This document shows, in pieces, positions 11,052 to 24,280 of a stretch of DNA of 64,000 nt (the stretch's first letter is position 1; the number at the start of each line of letters is the position of its first letter). Position numbers and translations under genes: made by a program. The notes under the pieces were generated by a model that had not been told where the DNA came from, searched no databases, and saw only the letters and a list, made by a program, of their open reading frames with translations. This DNA comes from Lama guanicoe. Taxonomy: Eukaryota. The DNA is taken from positions 6,273,757 through 6,337,756 of the forward strand of contig MU054187.1 in the NCBI GenBank assembly GCA_013239625.1, in the 5' to 3' direction.

Positions 11052-12342
11052 TCAACTACTTCCTTCTTGAAAACAAGAACTGTGGATCTGTCCCCACCCT
11101 TTGCCCCTTGTCCCAGTGCCAAGCAGAGAGCCTTACACTAACTGGTACTCAAATATTTATTATGAAATTAAATCGTTGAGTTCTCAAGGAGTCTCTTCCC
11201 TTAGCACTTGAGAATCAGGATGACACTCTTCTTGTGGGGTTGTTTAGACATTGTTCAGTTTATAAGCAGGAGGACACACACACAAGGTGGCCTCTCAAGG
11301 TCACCTCCCCGAGACTAATTTTGTCACGAAGGCAGCCCTGGATTTTGAGTGCGTGTTAACAGGCGCTCCCGTCATTACCAATTGTGACTTTAGAGGGGTC
11401 CTGTGCTTTGCATCCCAATATTACTTATCACACATGTTATTTTAATTAATATCTTGTGTGTGTGCCAATATTTGGAGCAGACCTCATTATGACAGTCGGG
11501 CACTGCATTGTTTGTGGAGTGGAATTGTTTTTGGGATGCAGCTGGTTTCCCTTTGCGGCAGTCAGGGAGGGTACAGCGACCAAAGGGCCGGCATTTGTGG
11601 AACCCTCTGCTGCCACCACAGTGTGGCCTCGGTCCAGGATGGCTCATCAGCAGGGGGCTGCTTCTCCATCCCAAGGAGGAGCGAGTGGGGGTGCCCCTCA
11701 GGATGAGGTACCACTGAGAGAAGGATGGGGAGATCAATGGTGTCTGAGTGCCAGCCCTGGGAACGAGGGGTGTCCCTGTGCCTTTCAAGAGTAAATTGGC
11801 ACCTTTTCTGTTGTCTGTTGTTTCGTAATTGTGCAAACAGTGTGAAATCCAGGCTAGCATGATGCCCAGGAGCTCCAGCTGGCTGTTCAGCTCAGCCTGT
11901 GCAGGAACGGAAGACCCCCCCCCCCGCATCCCCAGACGCCTGCCTGCAGGACGTGTGGGCAGGTGCTCTTCTTCCTGGTAGAGCTGCCCCTGAGGTTAGA
12001 ACGTGACATTTCTGGGAGGAGATGTTTATTGTTCCGGGAAGGAGAACGTCCTCAGCTCGGCCTGCATCCCTGCCAGCTCTTTCCCACCTCCGCTGGCTTC
12101 AGCCCCACAGGCGCTGTGACCACGCCCCCGCCCAGCATTACCTGGGTGTCTCCCTCACCTGCAGGTGCAAAAGTCCATCCTCACCCGCAGGAAGGGACAG
12201 ATGGTGCGGATGGTGCAGGTGGAATCCCCCGTCTCTCTAGAACGTCTTTCCCTTTCTAGTACCTGATTTTAGAAAGATACTACTCACAGCATGAAACTTC
12301 ATGTCCCAGTTCTTGCTAGGACAATTTTTTTCTCTTATAAAG

Positions 12343-12427
12343 TCAGTTAACTACACACTTGTACCTGTATTGGTCCAAGGATTCTGTCACGGGTAGAAAT
12401 CTCTTTCAACAATTTGACTCTCAGACC
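12343..12427 (+). CDS. Candidate internal exon of an unidentified gene
   Basis: Acceptor ttttttctcttataaag (alternative CAG at 12346), donor gtaaga at 12428; open frame QLTTHLYLYWSKDSVTGRNLFQQFDSQT, phase-compatible with 7765-7942. Confidence 0.2.
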
Positions 12428-13005
12428 GTAAGACATCTTGAACTCGGTCCTTAAAAGCTGTGACCTGGGTCCCGTGCATGCCCGGTGGCCGTGGCACACA
12501 GCCGGGCTGGACCCTGCTTCTGAGATGACTGACCAGCTGCAGGCGCGGGGCCAGGCCGCTCTGTCCCACCTACCCACCCGGGAGCTCCTCCTTGATCTCC
12601 CCTGGCCTCCCTCTCTCTCATCTCATTCTCTCTTCTCTTCTGTTCGATTTTTCTCTCCAAATTGACTTTGTCAACTCTCATCCCCATTCCTGTGCCAGCC
12701 CCTCACCGTCTGTCATCTTGGTGGGGCAGTTAGCCCCGTCCTCCATCGTTCCCCTGGCCTGGGCCTGCTTCCTAATTCTCTGCTGAAAACTACTAATAAC
12801 AGAAAATCCAAGAAGAGGAAATATTTACCAGTTCTGAAATGTCTTGAATTAATACAGTCATGTTTGGGGGCATTTAGTTGAACTGGTGTAATTGCAGGTT
12901 GCAAAGTATAATAGTAGCTCACACGGGGATATCATTTTGTGCTATTTTACTTTCAGGTTTTTGTTAATCCAGTGGGTTTGTTGGAATTAGAGGGCTGCTG
13001 TGACC

Positions 13006-13029
13006 AAAAAAAAAAAAAAAAAAAAAAAA
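13006..13029 (+). repeat. Poly(A)24 run
   Basis: Directly visible. Confidence 0.95.
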
Positions 13030-14664
13030 CCTGCTGGCGAGAGAACAGCCTTGTCAAACTAGCAGGTAGCTGCCGGGTGAGCCTTTATCCAGCATACAAT
13101 AAGAGCAATCACCAGGGCCGGAGAAAGAGTATTGAACTGTCCACACGGGACATTTTTGTTGAAAGTAGTCCTTTTGATTTCATTTTCCCAGACTAATGTC
13201 ATAAAAACAGGCCTTATGGAGCACATTCATCTCAGTTTGATAGGGACCATCGTGAATGCCCAACAACGTGTTCAGTCCTAAAGGTTATCCAACTGCCGGG
13301 AGTGTCCGGGAAGACGACTGTGGGTCCCGAGGCTGTGAGCGCCTCCCCCGGGTGCGGGTGGGGAGCCGTTCCCGGCGCAGAAACACGCTGTTGTGACTCG
13401 GAGGGTATTTAACTTCTTGCACGTTCGGAGTTTCAGTCGCAAGCCCATTTTCTCTAATTAGCAAAACTTGGAGGGGTTATCACAGAGGAAGAAGAAAGGA
13501 AAACAAAGCGGAAGAATCATGAACTTACTTTTTGCTGAGCCGATGGCCGTTTCTATGGAAACAGAAGAGGAGGCAGGCACCAGCCCTGATCAGAGGCCTG
13601 GTTCCTGTCAACTTCTCCCACTTTCCATATTCCCAGATTCCATACTCTTGACTCTGTGAGTGTGTGACCTCAGTGGGGACCAGATGCGAAGAAGAGAGCT
13701 TCACGTAACTTGACAGTTTAGGAATTTTCCCCCACACAAGAGGCTCACAGAAGTCAGGTGGATTCTGGCATTTGAGAGGATTCGGACTTACTAAACCTTC
13801 TAATTTTTTTGACTGACTGCAGCATTCCAAGTTTGCCGTGCCACAGTAAACATATCTCCCCATGCTTACTTGTATGGTTGCTACGCTGTGACTTTCCGTG
13901 CACTCACTGAAGTACCCTGAAAAGAACTGCTTATTCTCTGGTGATTATACTCTGCCGTGAGTTTCTAGGTAGCACATTGCCAGGTGTTAGAATGGGGACA
14001 GGTGAGTAATTGCAGAGTGAATTCAAAACACAGTTTATAAATACAATCCCTCCAACTGAATAAAGCATGACATGAAATTTCTTTGAGATTGAAAAGGCTT
14101 ATATCTCATCGTTCTAATAATAACTGTTGAATTTATTGTATTTTATACTTTTGGTTTGCTCGTGTATTCATTCAGCAAACTGTCACTGGGCACTCACTGT
14201 GCAGCAGGATGCAGGTACTGGATTCTGGGGGTTCACACACAAAAGACACAAGCTCTGCACTCAGGCCAGTGACAGTCCAGAAGTGCTTCTATGACCAGGC
14301 AGGTGGTTACAATGTAGTATGCCAAGCACCGTGCTGGGGAGGTGCCCAGGGGACTGCAGGGGCTGGGAGAGCCACAGATCCAGCCACGCGCACGCTTATG
14401 TGTGTTTGTCTGCTCATGGCATTTGGAAATGCGTAGCTTAAAAGTAGGCTTCCTGGTGCTGATGTCTAAAATAAATCTGGAAGGATAACTGGACTTTAGA
14501 TAGTGAAAGGGAAAGGGTTTACATTCTCGATAAGAGCAAATGGCATTCCAAGAAGTACAAGTTACTTGATCATTGAAAGCTATGGCTGCTTGGGGCTGTG
14601 GTGATGGATGAGTCTGGAGAAACCGGCAGTGCTCTTATGTTTCATTCCCTGGGGTTTACTTGTA

Positions 14665-14710
14665 AAAGGAAGGAAGGAAGGAAGGAAGGAAGGAAGGAGG
14701 GAGGGAAGGA
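14665..14710 (+). repeat. (GGAA)n microsatellite
   Basis: Directly visible. Confidence 0.95.
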
Positions 14711-14819
14711 ACAAAGGAAAGGAGAAATGGCAATAAGGGGTATTGAAGGACAAGAAAAGATCTAAAATTTATCTTCTGCTTATGCCTGGCTAATTTCCTA
14801 AGTCCATTATGTCTTTGTT

Positions 14820-14968
14820 TATATTTAACCTCTGAACTCAGTTTCCTCATTTATGAAAAAGAGATAACACTTCAACATAGGGAAGTTATGAGGGTAAAAT
14901 GAGACACAGATGTAAGTTGCTTATTGGCACAGACCCGGGCACATTACTGATGCTCAGTAAACAGTGCT
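14820..14968 (+). mobile_element. MIR SINE
   Basis: Core 'aacctctgaactcagtttcctcatttatgaaaa...gttatgagggtaaaatgaga...tgctcagtaaa'. Confidence 0.8.
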
Positions 14969-16166
14969 CATTGTCAACAAGATGAGCGTGGAGGACGGAC
15001 TGCAAGGGGTGAGATGGGAAGCAGTAAAGAGGCTGTGGTAAGAGGACCCTGAGACAAGATGGCGTCCTGAAATGAGACGGAGAGACGGCGACAGGCGTGG
15101 GGCAGAACCGGGAGGGCTGGTGACTGCTGATGTGCCCAGGGTGAAGGAGGAGAGTCAGAAGCTTTCTAGATTCCTGGCCGGGTGCACGGGGGTCCCTTCA
15201 CCGAGGGGGACACAGAGGGAGCCCCAGGCAGTGTCCACAGAGTGAAAGACCCACGACACCAAGAGGCACGTGAGCCCTTGGTCTGTTGCTTTCACAACTG
15301 ACTCCGGTCGGGGGCGTGTGAGGCAGTGCCTGCCCTGGTGGGTGGGATGCTAGCATCCTCCCAGATGACCCTCCCTCGATCCATGTGACCACCCGCGCCT
15401 TTTCCTCCTCACTGGGCCTGCTCCTCTCCAGCTCCCTGACCACCTGTAAGCATCAAGTCTCCCATCACCCAGGTTTACGCCTTGTCACATGACCTGTGAT
15501 GCTGGTGACCTTTGATCCTCCCTACACACCAGGCACAGTATCCTTGCGTATAAACCTGTTGCTGGGGAAAAAAAATTATGAATCCTGCTTCTTTGTGTTC
15601 TAGCCAAAGCAATAAAATATATTCCCAATACTAAGACTGCAATTTAAATTTATTATCTTTGTGCTTTACAGTATCCATAGCAGTAAAAGCTGTTCCCAAG
15701 AGGATCATTACCATTTCCAACGACTTAAGGAATAATTTTTGTTTACATTTTAAAGCCATAGCCATAAAATTTAATACCAACAATAACACGACAACTTTGT
15801 ATGCCCTTAAAACTTGTCATAAATGATAATTGGGAAGAGATTGTCAGAAAACATGTAAATGTTTTTAGGAGAAAGCAGATTTTTTTCTGTTTGTCTCATG
15901 GTGAGGCCCCAGACTCTGAACAGAACGTTGAGAAGCACAGTCCTTTCCAGTAGCCACCAAGTCTGGTTGAGCCTGTCTCCGAAGTATTTCTTGAATCAGC
16001 CCATTTCTTGGTCCACACAGGGCCTGGAACCACATGCCCCTGCAGTCATCCGGGGAGCCCTTGGCTTCTGCCCCGGCGAGAACGCTGCCTCTCACTGTTC
16101 ACTCTCCCACCTCCAATCAGTTCTCCCACAGCAGCTGGGGTGACGTTTTCAAAATACAAATCTTGC

Positions 16167-16775
16167 CAGTTTCCAGGAAAATACGGGGGACAGAAAGGAA
16201 GTTATGTGACACTACAAAGAAGCAATCAGCCAAATACAGAATGTGGGGCACTGTGCAGGACAAATGACCCGGTTTCTCTAACAAATCAATGGCATACAAG
16301 TGAAAGGGCGGGGAGAGTGGACTGTGATGGTATCAAAGAGATGCGAGAACTATCAACACAATGACCAAATCGTAATTGCAGGCTTTGTGTGGCTCCGGAT
16401 TCCAACGAGCCCACTGTCTGCAGACGTTTCAGAGAAAATCAGGGCAATCTGACAACGGAGTGGGTATTAGCTGAGACTGAAGGAGGACTATTCGTTTTGC
16501 TGGCTCGGGCTTATGTTCTTAAAGCAAAGGTTTTCTCGGCTGGAGCTGCATTCTCGGGTGTTTACAGAGGAAGTGACATGATGTCTGTGTTTGTTTTAAA
16601 ATACCGCAGCCCTCTCCTTCCCCAGAGTGGGTGGGTGGTGTGAGTAGATGAGAATTGAGGTCACCAAAATGTTGATGACTGTCGAAGCTGGGGGATGACG
16701 ACGTAGGGTTCACTAGGAATCCTGTCTACCTTTGTGAATGTTGGGAAAGTCGCATAAGCCAAAGTAAGAAAATCA
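16167..16775 (+). mobile_element. Old L1MC-type 3' end
   Basis: 'aagcaatcagccaaatacagaatgtggg...caggacaaatgacccggtttct' typical of L1MC4/5 3' UTR. Confidence 0.7.
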
Positions 16776-19019
16776 AGTGAACAGGCCAGATGAAGCACTT
16801 GCTTTTTTTTGATAGTAACTGATTTATTCCGCAAAGATCCTTTTTCATCACCTACTGCAATTCAACAGATTTTTTTTTAAACAAACACCTACCTTATACA
16901 AAGTTGAATAAGACACAGCTTCTGCCCCTCAAAAGTTTACCGTCTGGTCGGGGAGGAGAGACATGTTTGTGAAAAGGTAAGTAACACTCATACTCATACT
17001 AACATTAAGAGCTAAACTGACAATATGCAAAATGGTCAAAACTATCACAAAAAATTCAAGGTCTGAAACACTGGGCGTGGTACGCTACTTTTTGAATATA
17101 TAAGGAGAAAAATAAGAATTGCTCATTTTATTTGCTTATAAATAAGTATAGGAAAAGTCAAGTAGGATGTATAAGATGTATAAGAAACTATATTAAAAAA
17201 AATTGATCTTTATTTAGGAGAGAGGCAAACGATCAGGAAAAAAGCTTTTACTGAATACCTTTCCAGGCTGTCTGGGTTTTGAAAACTTGTGAATGTAGTG
17301 CATAGCCAAAAATTCAAAATAAAAAGTAAAATAAGCTCTCAGCTCCTCCCCCATACCAGACCATGTCTTTCCTCTACTGAAATCGCTTTGTCTGGTCCCA
17401 TGATCCTTGGTGTACAGCGCACTGGCCTTTTGGTGGCTTTCCAGGATGGCCGTGGTCCGGCTTCTGCGCCCTCGCACTTGTGCCTGTCACACTGGATTCT
17501 GCAGGCTCTCGGCTCCGCCCAGTCACTCCGTTGCTAGAAGCCAGCGGACTCTTTGCTCAGCCTGGCGTTCCCTCCCGCCCCCTTGGTCTGGCCAACCCCT
17601 GATCACTCAGGCTTCCCTGAGAGGCCATGTCCTCAGGGCAGCTCATTCAGCAACTTGCTTTAGGTCGCTCTGCTCTGTGCTCCCAAAGAACACCACACGT
17701 CTCTATTTTTGTAAAGAAACATGTCAAATTTGTACATAATTGTCTGCTTTAATTTTTTTTACCCACCTGTAAACTCTGTGAGGGCTCAGTCAGGCCTCAT
17801 TGTCTCTCGTGTTCCATCACCTATTTCCAGGGTCCTGTTTAGTGTGAGTTGAATGTAGCCGGTTGAAGTGAAGGGGCCACAGTTACAGAAAACAGACAAT
17901 CAGCTTGCAAGCACATGATGTACAGAATGCAGAAGAAGACAGTGTTTCCAGGAGACGTGAAGGTGGAGAGAAAGTGCTAGAACAAGCAGACAGGAAGTGG
18001 CACGAAATAGCACGGGAAGTGAACCGGAGGATGCTTTCTGCAGCAGAGGTCATCCTTGAACCAGTGCAATGCGGAGCGCCCAAGAGAGGAACGTTGCTGG
18101 GGGCAGAAACGGACGAAGAGAAGAGACTTAAAGCTTATTAGTGAAGAACAAGGGAGCGTCTCGGGCAGAGGGTGGCACCCAGGTGTTTTGGGAGGTTTGT
18201 GAACCTCTAGCCACTGCACGAGAACTTGCGTGGAAATCTTTATGTCCATTTTTTTTTTTTGGAGTAAACCTCATAGTTTTTTTGAAAATTCTGGAAGTCT
18301 AGAGATTGAAGACGGACCAAAGATCTTATTAGCCTTAGACAAACCAGATGACCTGCGAAGAGAGAGACATGGCGCCTTGAGTGCTGGACGGTGACCCTGG
18401 GAGAACCCGGAGCGGGTGTGGGAAGGGTTTCACAGAAACAGCAGCAGCCAACGAGAGTGGACGGGCCGTGAAACCCCACAGAAGAGCCCTGTCACCACCG
18501 GGATGGCGAGCGCGTCATTCACCTCGTTGAGCCTCATTTTCACCATCAAGGAGAAGGAAGGGTGGGGTGAGCATTGCACAGACACCTTCTGGTCTACCTC
18601 ACAAGAGTGTCATGAGGGGATAAGGAAGACTCACAACAAATGGACAGTGGTGGGGCTGTTTCTTTAATTTGTTCTTTATGCAATTTCCCTTAAATTTCAT
18701 GTAAAAATAACAACAGTCTCACTGAATGGTGGGGGGGGCCCCAAGGCAGTATTTGGTCCTTGGCTCCTCACTGACCTTCTGGACCTACAAAGAGGGATTC
18801 ACAGCGTCTCCCCAAACCACAGACTCTGTTTCCCACTTAGCTCATATCTGGTCAGTTGGGAATGGCCTTGGCTTCCTTTCTGTGAAGGTCCAAGTGTGGG
18901 TGTCTGCTCCAGCACTGCTCGCTCCAGAGTGGTTTTCTGCAGTGGGCCGCACTTGGGCCTCGCGCTGGTCTGGGCTGTCGTCCCATCTGCCTCCTGCTGG
19001 CTGGTCGCCCTGAGCTATC

Positions 19020-19160
19020 ACTTCCCCTCTGTACCTCGGAGTTCTCAAGTATAAAATGGGAGCAATAGTAGTCCTGAGCTCACGGGACAAGGGGAGGATT
19101 GTCTGGTGGAACACACGTGGAGCCCTGGCGGGAGGACCTGCCCACGGAAGTGCTCAGGGC
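19020..19160 (+). mobile_element. MIR fragment
   Basis: 'cacttcccctctgtacctcggagttctcaagtataaaatgggagcaatagtag'. Confidence 0.6.
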
Positions 19161-19474
19161 TTGGCTCCTCTGAGTTGCACAGCCTCACTGCAGGCCCTCG
19201 CCGACCTACCCATCAGTGATTTCTCTAGAGCTACCCCAGGGTGGGAGTTTACAGGGCGGCCTGCTCGTCTGCGGGGAGGCACTTTTGGGCCTAGCGCTTC
19301 TCTAGTCCTTAGGAACTAGAAGTTCCACTGTCTGTTCAAGGCTCCTGAGTTCAAGCCAGAAGATGCCTTTTCATTCCTGCTCTGCCTCCTCATGATTTTG
19401 ATTCCGCACAAGTTACTGTCCATCACCGAGCTTTACACCCTCGCTTCTATACTGAGCTTACAGGCTGAGGGGAC

Positions 19475-19831
19475 GTCTGCTGGAGCTGTGCAAAATCCCA
19501 CAGGCCGGGGGCTTCAATGACAGAAAGCTGCTGTCTCCCAGCTCTGGAGGCTGGACGTCCAAGACCAGGGTGGCTGTGGGGCTGGTTTCTCCTGACGCCT
19601 CTGTCTTCTCCCTGTTTCTTCACACGGTCTTTCCCCGGTCTGCGTTCTCATCTCCTCTTATAAGGACAGCAGTTAGATTGGATTCGGATCCACTCCCGAC
19701 AACCTTATTTTCCCTTAACTATCTCTTTGAAGACCTGTCTCCAAAAACAGTCACATTTTGAGGTGCTGGGGGTTAGGACTTCAACATACGAATTTTTGGT
19801 GTGTGGTGGGGTCACAATCAGCCCATAACAG
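19475..19831 (-). mobile_element. MaLR solo LTR (MLT1A-like)
   Basis: 'cagctctggaggctggacgtccaagacc', 'ttataaggaca' and 'ggggttaggacttcaacatacgaattt...cagcccataaca'. Confidence 0.9.
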
Positions 19832-19914
19832 AAAGCTGAATGAGAAATTGTATGTTAAAGCTTGGCATAAAGCAGGCACTTGATAAGTGTGAGTTCAGTA
19901 TGTTGATGCGTTTT

Positions 19915-20685
19915 CAGAATCACGATCATCAAAAAGAATACAAATAACCAATGCTGATGAAGATGCAGAGAAAAGGGAACCCTCATACAGTGTTGGTGGG
20001 AAGGTGAATTGGTGCAACCACTGTGGAAAACAGTATGGAAGTTCCTCAAAAAACTAAAATTAGAACTACCATATGACTCTACTCCTGGGTTTATATTCCA
20101 AAAAAACAAGAACAGTAATTTGAAAAGATACATGCCCCGCAATGTTCATAGCAGCACTACTTATAATAGCCAAGATATGGAAGCAGCCTAAGTGTCTATC
20201 AATAGGTGGATGGATAAAGAAGATGTGGTGTATATAGATACAATGGAAAACTACTCTGCCATTAAAAAGAAATGAAATCTTGCCCTTTGCAGCAACATGA
20301 ATGGACCTGGAGGGCATTATGCTAAGTGGAATAAATCAGACAGAGAAAGACAAATACTGTATGTTGTCTTTTATAGGTGGAATCTAAAAAAACACAACAA
20401 ACTAGTGAACATAACAAAAAAGAAGCAGACCCACAGAAATAGAAGACAAATTAGCAGTTACCATATAGGAGAGGAAAGGGGGCAGGGGCAATACAGGGGT
20501 AGAGGAGAAAGAGGACAAACTATTAGGTATAAAATAAGCTGTAGGATGTGTTGTACGGCATGGGGAATATGGCTGATATTTCACAATAACTATAAATGGA
20601 GTATAACCTTTAAAAATTGTGATCACTATATTGTAACTCTATAACATATAAGATTGTACAGCAACTATACTTCAATAAAAAAAAG
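19915..20685 (+). mobile_element. L1 3' end (ORF2 C-terminus plus 3' UTR, L1MA-derived)
   Basis: ORF 20009-20191 [22 protein letters not shown]; ends caactatacttcaataaaaaaaa. Confidence 0.9.
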
Positions 20686-21127
20686 GAAAGAATAGGTTGA
20701 TATGTGTTGATTGTGCTGTGTTTTTGTTGAGATAACCTGCAGTTCGTGAGTGGGTAAACCTGCAGCTCTGACTGGGCTGAAGTGGCAATCGGGCTTCACT
20801 TACTTCTGTTTCCTGCCCAGCTCCCTCACGTCCCACCCCTCGCTGCTGCCTGCCCCTCCGCTGGCACAGGGCAAGTGAGGGGAGAGCTAAGAATGGTTTT
20901 TTTGGCTGCAGTGCTCTCAGATCAAAAATCGACCTGGTGAGTCTCCTCAGACCACATACTGTTAGGGGTTTCAGGACGTCGTCCATCTGTCATCTTCCTG
21001 GTCCCATGCCCTGTGTCTCTGGAGTACAAGTTCACAATTGTCGTCTGAAGAAGGAAGGAAAATCTGTCCTGAGCCGTTTGGGTTGCTTGAGATTTCTTTA
21101 CAAAATAGCTTTTCAGTGTTTCTTCAG

Positions 21128-21367
21128 GTAACACAAAAGCAAGCAAAGAGGAGCAGGAACAACAGCCACAAAAATGAAGAAACAGGGAGAAAGAGATACT
21201 TGGTTCCAAAGATAAGAAGAGTGAAAATCTCTCTTGAACATCCTTCCGCGGGGCCACCTCCATCCCAGGTCGGAGCAGCAGCCCCCCCCGCTGGGGCCCC
21301 TCTTCCACCTTTTCTCGCTTCTCGTTCCCAGGCTCCTGCCTCCTGCAGATGCCACTACCGGTTATGA
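21128..21367 (+). CDS. Candidate terminal coding exon of an unidentified gene
   Basis: Acceptor-like ttttcagtgtttcttcag; frame VTQKQAKRSRNNSHKNEETGRKRYLVPKIRRVKISLEH...RL*. The same CAG|GTAAC could instead be a donor. Confidence 0.15.
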   Translation, partial: VTQKQAKRSRNNSHKNEETGRKRYLVPKIRRVKISLEHPSAGPPPSQVGAAAPPAGAPLPPFLASRSQAPASCRCHYRL

Positions 21368-22667
21368 ATTCCTCCGAGTGGTGCTCTGGTGGCTCTCTGT
21401 CACTCAGAATGTGCCTCTAGCCAGGGTTCCTGACTAAGAGCAAGGCCTGCAGGCTGGCACCCACCCTTCTTTGGAGAGAAGCAGACACAGGCTTTCCAGC
21501 CCACGTGCCGTTTGCCTACAGCCTTTCACTCTCAAGGGCCCCTTCCTTCTGACCTTCTCTGCTCTTCTGGTTAATGACAATTATAAATGTTCCAGAGGCA
21601 CACCACCGAGGCCAGCGGCCCCCGCTAACTGGGCAAATGATTACATGGAGGTAGACAGTTTCTGTCTCGTGCACAGCCACGTCTATCCCAAGAGCAGAAA
21701 TAATGCATTTGAGGGGGGAAAAAAACTAAGCATGAAACCTAAATGGAGGTTTGAAAAAAGTCAAATTTTAATACTAGAGTTTGGGGGAAGAACGTCTGGT
21801 TGCCATTTCGGACCGTCTTGATGGATGGATTTGCTTCAGGTGGGGGATATCAGAGGCTCAGGTGTGAGTGGCAGGAGGAGGGCGACTACAGCAGCAGTGC
21901 AGAGAGGCCAGATGGCTTGCAAGGAAGGGGCAAAAACTCCGGGAATTCTAATGATGAGAAGCCCTCAAAGAGCTTTCAGAGAGCGGACAGACCTGCTGGG
22001 AGTCCTGGGAGCCACTGCGATTAGCATCTAGAAACAATTGTGGGACATCCTTGCCTAAAATACAGACAGACATACAGTGCAGTCCACATCAGTGCCTGGA
22101 GCATGTGCTCAGAGCAAACTATGTATCTAGTATAAATGTGTATGCAAATGAACACAAGCTTACATATTTATATATGCAAATACATAGTGGTATATTTACA
22201 TATATGTAAATGTATACATATATAGTGCACATTTGTTAAATCTATGCTGATTAGAATAAAGTCAAATGGGGAGGGAGGTGGCAGATCACAAATTTTCCAG
22301 TCTCTGTCCGATGTCAACTTTCCCATGTTGCTGCTGGGAACCGGCCCTGGCTGCCCACCTGGGAAGGGAACAGCTTCCTGATGCGGTGGGCCATGCCCCC
22401 CCAGCCCAGGCGGAGGACGCTGTCTACCTTTCCTGTAAGCGATGCTGCCAACAAAGGATGAAGCTGTCACTGTACTCAAGCTGCTGCCAAGCTCTCACTC
22501 CTTGAGCTGAAAAGAGCATACGACTTTTTCTTTCACATAGTACAGGATCACTTCAAATAGCCAGGTGGTCCTGGTCAAAAGACACTCAAATACTCCTGCA
22601 GAGTTTGTGGAAAGGAGCTCACAGTAATCTCAAAATTCTTACTAACCCTCAGCGTGCTTCTAGGTGA

Positions 22668-22713
22668 GTGTGCGTGCGTGTGTGTGCATGTGCGTGTGTG
22701 TGTGTGTGTGTGT
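22668..22713 (+). repeat. Imperfect (TG)n microsatellite
   Basis: Directly visible. Confidence 0.9.
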
Positions 22714-24099
22714 AGGGTGGCAGGAAAGTTGGGAACAGGTCGGAGGGAAGGCATCATTTCTTCTTTTTTAAAACAAGCTGAGGTCCTGAGAGTTTGTGCT
22801 TTTCCCTCATCTCTGATAAGAAAAAATTCTTGTAGTGGACTCCTGGTTGTGTTGTCTGGGAAGGATAAAAGACACGAGGAGTCCCACCCTCTTGCTGGCT
22901 GTACTGAGGCTGTTGGTTGGCAGTGATTAGTGGGGCCAGGCAGGGAGGTGATGCGTCACGGTGGGAGGACTGGCCGGTGGGCCCCATGCACTATCTCCCT
23001 GCTTCTGACCTATCCTGGCATCATCTTCAAGCTGGAACGCCCTCAGCCTTGTTCAGTGAACTCATGTGACCTTGATTCCATAGCTGCGGTGCAACACCAG
23101 GATCTCCAACTAAAGCTTCCTGTGAGGACATGAGAGCTTGTCCCTGGTGGCACTTGTCCCCAGAGTGAAGGACGAGGGTGGGTGTCACTGCTCTGTGGCT
23201 CTGCAGGCCTGCCTGGTTTGGCTACTGTCACACTCAGTGGCACAGGAGATGGATTAGGGGACAAAAAGAATTCCTGCCAGGCTTGGGGTGTTATACGAAT
23301 TCCATTTACTGTTCCCCACATTTCCGATTAATTTGGATCTATTCCTGGTCTTGGAGGGGAATCAGTAAATATGACCCCAAAAGTCTCGGTATGAAAAGAA
23401 AACACCGACAACAAAGCAGTCTATATATATATGTATATATTTTTTTGGGGGGGCAGCCTTTCCTCTTACCTGTAGTACAGGTTTGTTGACTGTCTCACAC
23501 GGCAGCAGTGACGTTGACACAGCTAGTCCCTTGTGCTGCCAGAGAATCTGCCCGCTGAGTTTTCCTTTTCTGTACCTCCCCACCTCCCCACCACACTATC
23601 TGTCTGCTCCCAGGGAGTCCTACAAAACCCATTGAGGATGGGAAAAAACACAGATGAGCCCCCAAGGTTTGACAGCCCATGGTGGTTCGGGAACGCAGGA
23701 GACAGTCCTCCCATTAAGCGGCCGGTATCCTGGGGTGTGATTGGTGTGTGTAAGATGGAGGTGACAGGATGGCAGAGAGGGTGGAGAGCAGGTGGGGACA
23801 ACGGATAACAGCCTTTCAGAGCAAAATCCTACCCGAAAGGGCTCTTAGCCCCACCAGGGGATCGGCTCTGAGATGGTACAGGACTGCTGGCTCGTTTGTT
23901 CCTCTTGGCTTGGGGTGCTTACTTACTGTACAGGAGGAGCCTGGGCAGGGGATGGAGAGAGGAAGCCGCGTGGGTGAAGGAGAGCCCAGCAGAGAACTGG
24001 GTAGAGATGGGAGCGGCCAGAAAGCAGACGCGAGAATGCAGAAGAGCGGGGGATGAGGAAGTGAAACTGCAGGGTTTGGCAGAAAGGCATCACCTCTGC

Positions 24100-24280
24100 C
24101 CTTTATGAGCTGAGGAGCCTTAGGAAAGAGGCTACCCTCTTTGAGCCTCCATTTTACCATCTTTAAAATGGAGCACATGATAATCTCCATTCTCTCTACT
24201 TTATAAGGATATTGTGAGAATGAAATGAAAATAAATGAATTGAGGTCTCTTAAGAGAAAACTTGTGCTGAACACTCCTTG
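24100..24280 (+). mobile_element. MIR SINE
   Basis: 'ctctttgagcctccattttaccatctttaaaatggag...ggatattgtgagaatgaaatga'. Confidence 0.7.

Noticed and set aside
12387..12569. Minus-strand ORF ending AFKDRVQDVLRSESQIVERDFYP* as a terminal exon
   Set aside because: Protein-like by eye, but I found no good pyrimidine-rich acceptor, partner exons or recognisable homology.
12957..13064. Exon after the acceptor-like tattttactttcag
   Set aside because: The frame runs through the unstable A24 tract and the donor is weak.
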